64,000 nucleotides of DNA from Vicugna vicugna (GCA_013265495.1 MU058844.1:7625260-7689259); one strand, 5' to 3'; shown: positions 50,581-61,900, counted from the first letter of the stretch. Numbers and translations: made by a program. The notes: generated from the letters alone by a model not told the origin.

Positions 50581-51692
50581 ATGCAATCCTAAATTAAATT
50601 ACCATATTACTAAAGCAAATACAGCTGATTTTGGAACACACATAACTGATTTTTAGTAAGCATACAACTGAATTAACGGGAGCAAAAGTGCATGGATATT
50701 CAAGAGTCACCCAGGGCAATTAGTACATCCCAGACATAAATCAGCATATTTTCAGAGAGATGAGGTGATAGTGGTTAATTCGCCAAGGAAATAAAGGTCT
50801 CCTTAAGGCAAGATCTAAGCTTAACAGATCTATTTTTCCCCCCAAAGAACACTGTGTCCTACACATAATAAGCTATCAGGGATTATTCGTAAAAAGAATT
50901 TCTTAACCATTTAAACATTCAACTGAATTATATTTTAAGTAAACTAAAAGAGTCATTAGGATATTTTTAAAGAAAGGAAACATAAATGACATGCACAGTA
51001 AATCTATATTTGGCCTATAAATATTTTTAACAAAAGAAAAACATACTATGTTTCCAGTTTTTTATTATCAATTTAACAGGAAAAGATATCAGTAGCTTCT
51101 TCTCCACATGCAGCAAAGTATTTATTATGTTTTATTTTAGTAAATTTGGCTGCCTGACTATTTCAGGTTTTATGTTTTTTATTCCGGATCATTGAAGCCC
51201 TCTAAGGCAGAGAAAATCACAGGAGTATTCCTGCTCCAGAACAAATCTGACATTCCCCAAAGCCATCATTCTTCTTAACTTGTCAACAGATTCAGTTCAA
51301 TTTGCCGTATTGCTATAAAAATTGAACTCTGAAAACTAAAGACCCCAGGAAGCTCTGATCCTTCTCTGCTAGTTTGAAGGGCTTTGCCATTTAGACAAGT
51401 AAATGACTTCATTTAGAACCTATTATGAAAATCAAGAACAATTGTTAAAATGTTGATTTATTATAATCTAGGTAAATTGCTTCACTTTGCTGCTAACCTG
51501 ATTTTCCACAGCCTTTGGTCACCCAGAGAGGGCTGAATTTAAAAACATTAACTTGGAATGGTCTCTGATGTACATGTGCTAAAAATCATTTTATTATCAT
51601 TTTTTCCCCTGATTTAGAACCCTTTGACTACCTAGACATCTGGTACCAAACAAGTCTATGTGATCATAATTTATCTGAATCCTCAAAATTAC

Positions 51693-51792
51693 TGGTCAAC
51701 TTCAGCTTGTATTGGGATGACATTTGTAACCCTGTGGAATGGAGTACTGCTAGGTACAATTTTCCAACTATTCTGATGCATAATCTTTTGTA
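51693..51792 (-). pseudogene. Candidate exon (V)QKIMHQNSWKIVPSSTPFHRV...
   Basis: Long T-rich tract upstream of acgag, donor gtaatt; starts in phase 1, matching the previous exon. Confidence 0.4.
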
Positions 51793-52917
51793 CTCGTTGT
51801 ATATAAAGAACCAAAAAACAGTATCATGCTAAAGGCTTTTATAATTAATTTTCCTCGTCAATAAATGTTCTAAACTACAGACTCCATTTTTAAACTGACT
51901 TAAGCCATTATCTTCCTGTAAGATTTTCTCTTTGCCCTTAACTGTAGATTTCACAAAAATGTTAGCATGCTGAAGCAATTTGAGATTTATTTTTTAAAGG
52001 CAAGAAAAATGTTTTCTGTTATCTTAAGGGATAAAGAAAATGGATCTTATATTGAAAATTTTACAATTGCTCATTCATATGCAATAAGTTTAGAAAAATT
52101 TTTAAATTCCATAATACCTGCATTTTAAATTTACCCAAGTACCATGCTGATATATATATTTTTATTCAGATGTGTAATCTAACATGTCAATTCAGAGCCC
52201 AGTTGAGTACTTGATGCATAAAGGAACTAAATAAATATCCCTTGAATAAAGGAAAAAAATGAAAGCATTAACAAATAAAGGGTTGAATATGTGATTTAGT
52301 GAGAGATTTTTAGAGAAATAGATACTGACCTCTCTGAAACCACAAAATTTACCAGGAGAAAAAGAAGAGGCATCTACAAATGGCACTTTTATGCCTCTAA
52401 CATAACAGATATTGGGGATGTTGGAGAAAAAAAATCATGTTATTATAGTAATTCTTTGTGATGCATGACTTAGCCCTCACTTCTTAGTATCTAAGTCAAG
52501 GAAGAGGCTGCCATACTAACACAGGTGTTTCTAATCATAGGTTTATTTACCAACCTCTATCAATAAAACTAAAGATATTTGTAGGACAAGTAAGTGTATG
52601 ACAGAATTCCCAATTTTTTTAAATGCATTTTTGTAAATCCCTGGAAGGGTCTTAGTTAATCACTAGACTCACTTTTAAGATAGAAAAATTGGAGATGTGG
52701 TAATTATACGATTCATAAAAAGGTTTAAATCAAGGAAGTAGACAATCATGCAATAAAATGATTTTACGCAGTAAAACCATACAATGTGATGCAGTATCTA
52801 TTTCCATAGTCATCAATGCTAGAGTGAAATAACAGATATAAAGTAGTTTTATAAATCTTGATTTTGGAATTCAAAAAAATTTGGATTTTAATTCTACTGA
52901 AAAATTTAAAAGACAAC

Positions 52918-53007
52918 CATCAATGTTAAACCATGCAGAAGTTCTTTTGTCAAAACTAAAGCAAACTGTCAGTAGACTGCCTTTGAAAATACAGTAGAAC
53001 CCAAGGC
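52918..53007 (-). pseudogene. Candidate exon (G)LGFYCIFKGSLLTVCFSFDKRTSAWFNID
   Basis: ctgcatattttcag acceptor, gttgtc donor; 90 nt, phase 1 to 1, open; F-D-K-x2-S loop. Confidence 0.5.
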
Positions 53008-53169
53008 CTGAAAATATGCAGATAATGAGTTGTGTTTCACTCCAATTTTCAGAGCCTGAGATCTGCACATAATACATTAGCTTCAATTTATTTCTATTCT
53101 TCAACTTCCTCAAGTATCCTGTAGCTAATCCTGATGTTTTCTCCCAAAATTAGCTTTTTGGAAGAAAAC

Positions 53170-53300
53170 ATGTCCTTATATACCTTTTTATAGGGGCTAT
53201 TTCCACTATAATTATGGAATGTCTTTATATACCATATATAGAGGCTATTTCCTTATAATGTCCTTATACATCTTGTGTAGGAGCTATTTCCACTATAATT
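53170..53300. repeat. Degenerate minisatellite, 3 copies of a 40-49 bp unit
   Basis: Unit approximately atgtccttatatacc...taggggctatttccactataat, repeated three times. Confidence 0.85.
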
Positions 53301-53574
53301 GTTTCCTAGTGGAAGAGAACGATATAATTCAGTCTGTGCCTTGAGATGATCCTTTATCACTAGTCTTCCATTTTAGTATAAACCATGTTTTAAAATGTCC
53401 ACTTTGGTGTCTGAACAGAAAATATGAAGCATATATATACATATATGAACTGAAAATATGAAAAAAGATTGCAAATCATTTTGATAAAGGGAAGGATCAT
53501 TCCTCAAACAACGCTGGACAAACAGAATTTGAAACATAAATATATATATTTTTTAAATCTTTACTTTTTTAATC

Positions 53575-54609
53575 TGCATTTTTTTTAAATTGAAGTATAG
53601 TTGGTTTACAATGTGTCAATTTCTGGTATACAGCATAATGCTTCAGTTATACATATACATACATATATTCATTTTTATTATCTTTTTAACCATAAGTTAC
53701 TACAAGATATTGAATATAGTTCCCTGTGCTATACAGTATAAACTTGTTGTTTATCTATTTTATATACAGTAGTTAGTATCTGCAAATCTCAAACTCCCAG
53801 TTTATCCCTTCTCACCCCCTTTCCCCACTGGTAACTGTAAGTTTGTTTTCTATGTCTGTGAGTCTGATATTCTTTTGTAGGTAAGTTGATTTGTTTTTGT
53901 TTTTTTTCCAGATTCCACATATGAATGGTATCATATGGTATTTTTCATTCTTTTTCTGACTTATTTCACTTAGAATGAAAATCTTCAGGACCATCCATTT
54001 TGCTGCAAATGACATTATTTTATTCTTTCTTATGGCTGAGTAGTATTCCATTGTATAAATATGATACAGCCTTCTTATCAAGTCATCTTTCAGTGGACAT
54101 TTTGGTAGTTTCCATGTCTTGGCTGTTGTAAGTAGTGCTGCTATGAACACTGGGGTGCGTGCATCTGTTCAAATTAAAGTCCCCTCTGGATATATGCCCA
54201 GGAGTGGGATTGCTGGATCATATGGTAAGTCTATTTTTAGTTTTAATTTCCAGAAATGTATAAACAGCTCAAATAATAATAATAATCATAATCATAATAA
54301 TCATAATAATAATCATAAAAACCCAATCTAAAAATGGGCAGAAGACCTAAATAAGCAATTCTCCAGTGAGGACATACAAATGGCCAATAGGAATATGAAA
54401 AAATGCTCAATATTGCTAATTATCAGAGAAATGCAAATCAAAACTACAATGAGGTTATCACCTCACACCAGTCAGAATGGACATCATTCAAAAGTCCACA
54501 AACAATAAATGCTGGAGAGGGTGTGGAGAAAAGGGAACCCTCCTGCACTGTTGGTGGGAAAGTAGTTTGGTGCAGCCACTACAGAAAACAGTATGGAGAT
54601 TCCTCAAAA
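53575..54609 (-). mobile_element. Camelid-type LINE-1, 5'-truncated with twin-priming inversion
   Basis: 53575-54245 is the minus-strand 3' end (ORF 53812..54150, MFIAALLTTAKTWK). 54250-54609 is the upstream ORF2 segment on the plus strand ([20 protein letters not shown]). Confidence 0.95.
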
Positions 54610-54699
54610 TTCCTTTACATGATATATGGCAAAAAAAATTTGTATGTAGTATGCAAATGGCTTGGCTGTGATGTCAGCAATATTGGATTCTTGGCAAGG

Positions 54700-55030
54700 C
54701 AGGAGGCCTAAGACAATTGTGCAGGCCTCACACCCTGGAACCATCAGGGCTGTCTCCTTGATTCTCATCTGTGCATTTCTTTGCATGTTGCCTTAATTCT
54801 CTCTTATGCTAAGATAGATCTGCTAGTCAGGGTCATGGCATCAACCTCTGGGCTCAAATTTTCACACCTCAGTGACAGAACTGGAAAAGCTCTTCCTCCA
54901 TCAAAAGTTGGAAATCTCCCAGGGCAGGGGTTTGACGGGCTGGACCTGGGTTAGTGGATATTTATCAAACCACTGCTGTGACCAGGAAGCAAGTGTCACA
55001 GACAACATGTCACTTCCCATTTGGACTGCA
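54700..55030 (-). mobile_element. MLT1J/K-like MaLR LTR
   Basis: tcccagggcaggggtttgacgggctggacctgggt...aaccactgctgtgaccagg. Confidence 0.6.
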
Positions 55031-55604
55031 AGTTAAAACTAAGATGAAGTTACTTTGCTCAATAGAGGGGGAGACTGCAACATAAATGTCCAGGATTATT
55101 TACCTTAATTATTAACCATAAAAATGTAAAATGAAATCCCTACAAACGAAACTAAAATATAGGGCTTAAATATAAATGCTCACACAATATGTGAACATTA
55201 GTTATTTTATTTCTTTGTCTCCTTTTCTAACTGCAAAACAGGATTCATAATTTTCCCTGAAAAGATTGTTCTGAAATTAAAATACAAAGTATCTTTAAGG
55301 TAGCATGGGCTTAATTTGACATGAGAATCATGACTCAATTTGCTGCTATTATTCAAACTTTAAGTAGTCAAATCTGTATTCACTTTGAAAGAATTCTGCT
55401 AATGTTGCTTAAATATTATTTACAAAACAATATACTTCTGGGTTATTATTTTTGTTCATAATGCCACTAATTATTTTGATATTCTGGATTATATTAGCAT
55501 ATGCATCTGTAGAATATAAGCATAAATGAATTCATGTATGGTACACAGATAACTCAAAACAACAGCTCAATAAAGAGAAAACTGTTATCTTCTACTACTG
55601 ATAC

Positions 55605-55687
55605 TCATTTCTTGCACCAAGGTCTACATTTGGAGTGGCACTTTTAGAAGTAATCTACTTTTGTAGTTTCTCTCCAGAGACTATCAC
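55605..55687 (-). pseudogene. Candidate exon (G)DSLWRETTKVDYF*...
   Basis: ttgcttctcctag acceptor, gtatca donor; VDY motif followed by a stop. Confidence 0.35.
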
Positions 55688-55804
55688 CTAGGAGAAGCAA
55701 TTGTACTTGAAAGAATTACTCCGTGGCAATATTGTGATTTTCCACATTAGCTGGGTGGAGTGAAGGTGAAGAACTTTGCCTTCCAGCCAATGAAACAAGC
55801 AAAC

Positions 55805-55853
55805 CTTTCCACAGTTCAGTATTACTGAAAAGGTCTCTGTGCATCTCAATTAC
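55805..55853 (-). pseudogene. Candidate exon VIEMHRDLFSNTELWK
   Basis: actttgtactcag acceptor, gtttgc donor; 49 nt, open; resembles an inter-EF-hand linker (VIE...LW). Confidence 0.45.
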
Positions 55854-56389
55854 CTGAGTACAAAGTTGTGATGTGTTTCAACATCTACAAAACCTAAGTC
55901 CGTATTTTCAAATTTTTTCTTTCTGTTTAACACTGCATTTCTTCAGTCTGCCTAACTTTCACCTATAGGATAACTCTTCCCCGAAGTTTAAGTTGTTTTT
56001 TTGTATGTACATAATGACCAACCATGTACCAATTACTTAACTGTTGTCTCAAGCCACACAAGGGCAAGAATTGACAGAATAACTCATTACCAGTAATAAG
56101 CCCCCTTCATTGTTTGCTACGTCCACATGCCTAGGTGCAGCCCTCTCGTCTCCTCAAGCTTACTCTCCATGTGGAATTATGGCAAGTGCCCAAGCGGTAG
56201 CTGAGGCCATCTCACAAACAAATTTAGGGACTTTCTACTCATAATTTCTCTGGCTACACTGTAGATCCTACAGGTAGCACTGTTCTCACCAGCTATTATT
56301 AATCTGTTCTGCACACCACTATTTCGTTTGTATGCCTTAGAGTCCAGTGACCATCAAAGCCAGCTCTACCGCTGGTTTGTACTACCAAC

Positions 56390-56906
56390 TGTAATAGGGA
56401 GGAACAAATGTGACACCGTATTAGATCTGTTCCTTTAGCTCTAACCCTGTGCTCTGTTTCCTGTGTTTAGCCATGCTGGTTCTACACCTTTTGTAAAAGA
56501 ATGTTGCCTATGGCCTAAAATACACAGGATAGACCATTCTCAAGGCTCTGACCTTTAAGGATGTAACACTTTTCCATTCATATAGAGATAAAAAGTTGCA
56601 GAACAGAGAACAGTATTTGTTTTGTTGGAGGTTTACAGGAACATCATGACCTGACCTACCCGGACACCTGAAAGAACAAAGGATTCTGACACCAAGAAAT
56701 TTACAACAACCAACCATACCCTCTCCCATTTTTAGTATAAAAGGAACCTGAATTCTGACTTAGGTAACATGGTTCTCTAGGATATTAGCTCCCCAAATTC
56801 TCGGTCTGCTGGCTTTCCAAATAAGGTCATTATTTCTTGCCCCAGTGCCTTGTCTCCCGATTTGGCTTGTCTTGTGGAAAGGAGAATGAGTTTGGACTTG
56901 GTAACA
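56390..56906 (+). mobile_element. ERV1 solo LTR (MER41-like, cetartiodactyl type)
   Basis: TGTAAT...TAACA termini, flanks caac/caat, TATAAAA at 56736, polyA-like aaataag near 56819. Confidence 0.85.
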
Positions 56907-57044
56907 CAATTACCCTGAAATACAGCTACTGCTTCCCATAGGCATTATCAGACCTATCAGGCACTATCTGTTCTAGGTATTGTGACTGACCGAAAAAAAA
57001 AGAGAATGTCCATTTGTGCTACCCTCTGAGGCAAGTTCGAAAGC

Positions 57045-57245
57045 AATGCTTAATAGGTATCACCAACTTAGCACTCACAATGTGGTAGGCAGTATGCTAA
57101 ATCATCTCATCCAATGCTCATTACTTAAAAATTAAAATCTGAAGCTAAAATCATTCAGTAAATTGTTAAAGTTCACTCAGTAGTTCAGCAATGCTGATTT
57201 CTACATCTACATTTGACTCCAAAACTCGGATTCTGAACCATGTTT
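57045..57245 (-). mobile_element. MIR SINE
   Basis: agcactcacaatgtggtaggcagtatgctaaa...tttgactccaaaactc...tctgaacca. Confidence 0.65.
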
Positions 57246-57307
57246 CTAAATATATACAAAGGTTTCATGGAAATTTTCTTTCATGTTTACTTAAAGCCTT
57301 TCTTTAC

Positions 57308-57343
57308 CTCTAGGATCTAGTGGTAAGACTATGAGCTGCTGAG
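57308..57343 (-). pseudogene. Candidate exon (S)QQLIVLPLDPR
   Basis: Strong acceptor ttttcatttggattttttgcag, donor gtaaag; 36 nt, after a 76-nt intron. Confidence 0.5.
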
Positions 57344-57419
57344 CTGCAAAAAATCCAAATGAAAAGAACTATGTTCTATGCAAAATCATTCTACCCCAAC
57401 AACCCTAACATTGCATTAC

Positions 57420-57518
57420 AGAGCCAAGCCTGTTGTATCTGACTTTCTCTTTGGAACAAATTTCTTCCCAAGAAATGCTTAAACATTTTATGTAAATAGT
57501 TATCAGTTCTATACCTGC
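57420..57518 (-). pseudogene. Candidate exon (G)RYRTDNYLHKMFKHFLGRNLFQRESQIQQAWL
   Basis: atatttccag acceptor, gtaatg donor; 99 nt, phase 1 to 1, open. Y-x-T-D-N-x5-F-x2-F-L has EF-hand spacing. Confidence 0.55.
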
Positions 57519-57597
57519 CTGGAAATATCTTAGCCCAGAAATGGATAAAGCTTAGGCTAAAACTGGTATCCATGTACTTTGTGTCATGTGATCTAGA

Positions 57598-57716
57598 GCA
57601 GAAATTTTCTTTACGGTCTAAGGACTCCTGACACCCTTAAAAATAACCAAAGACCTCAAAGAACTTAGACTTGTGAGTTACGTCCATCTATATTTACCAT
57701 GTTAGACATTTTTAAA
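57598..57716. mobile_element. Charlie1-like terminus (hAT)
   Basis: ggtctaaggactcctgacacccttaaaaataaccaaagacctcaaagaac...tatttaccatgttaga. Confidence 0.65.
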
Positions 57717-57719
57717 GCA

Positions 57720-58205
57720 TAGTACATTAAATACAGCCAAAAAACTATTTGCAGTTCCTTCAAACAAGAGGTAGAATCTATTTCCCAACTTTGAATTTTT
57801 GCTAGCTTTGTCATTTGCTTTGGCCAAAATAATGCAGCAGAAGTGACATTCTATGACTTCTAAGAGTAGGTCTTAAAACACTCTGTAGCTTCGGCTTTTG
57901 ATGTTTTGGAATTCTAAAACCACCATACCATGAAGAAACCATATCTAGTTTATTGAATTAGAGGTCTTGTGGAGGAAAACTGAGATGCCCCAGCTTACAG
58001 GTAGCACCTACAGACTTACGAATTAGGACATCCTGCACCTTGTAGTCCAGCAGACCCTTAGCTAAATGCTGCCTCATTATTGAACTTAGAGGAAATCAAG
58101 AGAGGAAATGCTCATTCGTTATAAGGTATATGGAGAAACAGTAAGTTGCCATTGTTTTAAACCACTAAATTTGGAGTCGTTTTTTATGTAGCAATAGATA
58201 ACTGT
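57720..58205 (+). mobile_element. MLT1G/H-like MaLR LTR
   Basis: caagaggtagaatctatttccc...ttgttttaaaccactaaatttggag...tgtagcaatagataactg. Confidence 0.85.
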
Positions 58206-58837
58206 TAAGGAAATCTCACGCAGTTTTATGGTAGTTTGGGGTACCTAAACATTGTAGAGTTTGAAACACAAAGAAAATTAGATTCTAGTTAATGAGAAAA
58301 ATATAATTTACTCTAAATATAATTCATTTGCTCTTTTGATTTTCTGAAAACAAGTACTAGCTTTATTTACACAATAGCCCTTGGGAGGATTTTTTAAAAA
58401 TTTCCCAATACTCTTCATATATTCCCCTCAAGCTCAGTGCATGTGCACATATGCATGTCTGCATATGTATTTAATATTCAAAATTTTGGCAATTTCTACT
58501 GATGACTCCAATAGTTGAAACATTTTTAATGGCCCTTTTGTATATGTGGCAAGAGTTAGTATAATGGTGCCCATGATCCTTGATTACTGGATTAATATAT
58601 TGGTCAAAGTGAAATGCACATATTCTTCAACATTGAAGTTTTATAAAAATAGGTCTAAATTAAGTGTAGAGTTGAGACAATTATCTGGATAATCAATTAC
58701 CAAGTCTACTATTAAGAAACAGCAGAGATTTGAGGTTTAACATTTTCAGATGCTGTCTACATTGATTGAGTCATCCAGCTTTCCAATTCATCCTTTTTTG
58801 CAAACATGATTCAAGTCTGTTTGATACAGAATAATAC

Positions 58838-58898
58838 CTTTGAGTGCATCTATATCCACGTAACAAAATGGAGTGAAGTGGTTATCTATTTAATTGGT
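58838..58898 (-). pseudogene. Candidate exon (D)QL/IDNHFTPFCYVDIDALK(G), EF-hand linker with frameshift
   Basis: gctgatatcag acceptor, gtatta donor; 61 nt; needs a 1-nt frameshift near its start. Confidence 0.5.
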
Positions 58899-59100
58899 CT
58901 GATATCAGCAATTGTGTATTTATCTTTAAAATATCTTTAAAATATCTACAACATTGCCTCCATTTAGCTTTTTACTTTGAAAAGATACCATTTTAGTGTG
59001 CTGTTATATAAATTCAGTCTTAAAACAAACATTTGAAGGGGTTAAGGAGTTCCTAAAAATGATGATATAGGAACGAGAAGACACCGAGAATACTCGATAC

Positions 59101-59143
59101 CATATATTTGAACATGACCTATTTCTAACCTGTGAGTTACCTT
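59101..59143 (-). pseudogene. Candidate exon KVTHRLEIGHVQIY(D), EF-hand loop-like
   Basis: Strong acceptor tatttttcctttcttag, donor gtatcg; 43 nt, phase 0 to 1, open. Confidence 0.55.
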
Positions 59144-59454
59144 CTAAGAAAGGAAAAATAATGGTTATAGCATTGACTAATTATCTATTGTTCTATTCTT
59201 ACAGCACAATATTGGCTTTCCCATTAATTCTTTTGATATTAACTAACTCATTAACTCTTGTGATATTCACAGGAAGTAGATTTTCTTTTCTCCTAAAAGG
59301 GATTGTATACAATGTGAAAAGTGAGAAAAAAAAATTTGACAAATTTCCAATTAGTGTGATTGACAACAGAAAGTCAAACAACAAAAATCAGGAGCCAAAT
59401 AAAGCTTTTCTCATGAATGATATACAAACTAATTTGATCAGTCTCATATGTCAC

Positions 59455-59516
59455 CAACGCCCCCATAATTTTCAAAATCCTTGATCACTCTTTGGTCTTC
59501 TTGTAACTGGAGCACA
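59455..59516 (-). pseudogene. Candidate exon (...KE*SRILKIMGAL), EF-hand entering helix
   Basis: gttgctacag acceptor, gtgaca donor. Ends in phase 0 matching the next exon; contains an in-frame TGA. Confidence 0.5.
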
Positions 59517-60689
59517 CTGTAGCAACTAATTATTAACCTATGTTTTTCCACTGGCTTTTCAATGACAAGTGCTCCATAACTGCTTATTTATTTATTGACA
59601 GAAAGGAAGAAATTTTATCTTGGCATCTCAATATCATTTATTCCTAAATCTCACACCAACAAAGCAATCCTCTGTGAAAGATTATGAGAGAAAACCCGTA
59701 GTGACAGTAAAATCTGTGTCTTTCATTGACCTAGATCAAACCCTTCCTGGTTGTTATCAGTGATGACTATACATCTTGAATTAACAGAGGAGCAAAATTT
59801 ACACCTGTTGTAGTAGAATAACTATTAATCACATTCCCTCACAAGTGTTCACGTTTTGAACAGAGTAACATGGAAGATCAACCAATGAATAGCTTTCCAC
59901 TGTGACTTCATCTCTCATGAATATATGTCTCCTTTCAGAAATTCTCTTCAGTCAGAAAGAGAATAGGCCAATAGTGCTGTGATTTTCCTTGACTGCTTCC
60001 TTCTTCCTTTTCACTCAACCAATTACTTAATTCTGTCCATCCCTCCCTTATTTATTTATCTTTAAATGAAAGGCTAGCTGTATCCTTAGCTTTATAACCA
60101 CTTGCCTCTAACAGAAACAGTACTATTTATCAAGCAGGGTGAGCTCTTGAGTTGGAGCCAACTTTGCCTGAACTTTCCTTGGTTTCCTCACTTATAAAAC
60201 AGTAAACTATCCATCTCAGAAGGGAGTGGTAAGAGTACATCATAAAATTGTTCTATATGAAAATATGAAAACACATGTATTCTGATTTATATTATAAATT
60301 AAAGCTAGCTTAATTTGGGAGGAAAGAAGTATTTTTCCAGGATTAATTTCTGGAAATTAACCAATTTTAAGACCTTTTTCATGAATTCTGATTAAATTGT
60401 TAGTTTTACAACAAGCTTTTCAGATTTCTGAGAATTACAGAATATAAGGATTGGAAGGGATCCTAAAAATTAAAGTGAGGGGGAGAGGGAAGAAAAGATA
60501 AAGGAATGGGGAAGGAAGGAAAAAAGGCAGATAAAAAGAGACAAATTAAGTACTATCATACCTAAAAAAAATTGTAGGGATAAACTTCACACTTAAATCC
60601 TAATAATTTAATGATAAAAGTTTACAGAATAAAGCCACATTATTTTTTAATATAAAAATGAAAAATAAACTTGAAAAAGGCACATAAGG

Positions 60690-60785
60690 GTGAATTCTCA
60701 AAGATTCATGAAGGATGACAAATACATAATGGCCTCGAGGATCAAACAGTACACTTCCTTTATTACTTTTGAAATTTTGCATCGT
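60690..60785 (-). pseudogene. Candidate exon remnant, EF-hand-like (VLFDPRGHYVFVILHESLRI)
   Basis: Part of ORF 60600..60782(-); F-D-P-x-G loop start followed by E-x-L-R-I. Splice sites unclear. Confidence 0.4.
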
Positions 60786-61106
60786 ATGTTATGTTTTCAG
60801 CATAATAAACTCTCAGAACACGTTTGTAGTCAAATAATACAAAGCCAACTTAGCTCGAGGGAAGGTTAACAATAAAAGAACCAATAGGAAAGTGGACTTC
60901 AACATTCTGACAGAGCATTATTTTAATATTATTTATTCAAATGGCCAAAACACATTTCCTTTATTCAGGTTCAACAACAGATAGCTACTGATCTATATAA
61001 ACTATATACAAGACAATTGATAAAAAACAGTCACTGCCTCCCAAAGCATATAGGGTCATGCTGAGGAGAAAGAACTTTCATGTAGAAAGTGTTTTAAAAT
61101 AAGGTG

Positions 61107-61900
61107 GGATTTATGCTTTTGACCAAGAAGTATCAGTAGATGGATTTATCCTTCTGCCTACAACTACATGAAAAACAAGTAAAATACAGGAAATGGTGTT
61201 TTTAGAACATTGGACATCAAGTGACAAAGGACAATGTTGTAACCTCTGAGAGATGAGCAACAGACAAGGTGAGTCCCCGGATTGCACCCGCTTACTATCT
61301 TTAGAGTTATTCCAGACCATGACACAGAAAGAGTAATCCAGATGGAGCCCAGCAGTCTCCCCTGAATTGAGGAAATGGAGCTGAGAGCCAAAGTGGCTAG
61401 AATTCTCAGGCAGCCGACTGGTGAGGAGCGAGTTGCACAGAAAAAATACCCCAGAGATCTCCAGAGGCTCCTGCCTTAAATATTCAGCAGAGCACTGAGC
61501 AGTGCATGCACGTGAAGAAATTACTCAAAGCCAGGAAAGAATCACTTAAAAGGATTAGAGGAAACAGTACTCAGAGCACACACAGGAACAGGAATAATGT
61601 GCGTCCCTTAGCCAGAATGAAAACCGGCTAACTCACAGGACATTGGGGAGAATACTCAGAAAGAGCTTGCCTCAGTAGTGGGGAATAAGTAATTAGCCCT
61701 AGACTAACCACTGCTCTGGTTCTACCTCATAAGTCTCAGAAGCAAGACCTAAAAGTATCCGTTTTCCAAGTGGCTCAACTATATCCCAGAACAAAGCTCA
61801 AGAATACGTCTAGGAATATAAAAAAAAATGACACTCAACAATGTGAAATTCATAACATCTGCAACTAAACAATACACTGAAGAGCACTAGAAACACTACT
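61107..61900 (+). mobile_element. Old LINE-1 5' end (L1ME/L1MD-type 5' UTR)
   Basis: tggatttatccttctgcc...ttggacatcaag...gagcccagcagtctcccctgaattgagg...aaatattcagcagag. Confidence 0.7.

Larger units (their letters stand above)
13301..60790 (-). pseudogene. Decayed intron-containing multi-EF-hand gene (EFCAB6-like architecture), unitary pseudogene candidate
   Basis: About 25-30 minus-strand segments with AG/GT boundaries in non-repeat DNA. Translations give recurrent EF-hand-like loops and helices in the expected order, interrupted by in-frame stops and 1-nt frameshifts. Confidence 0.62.
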
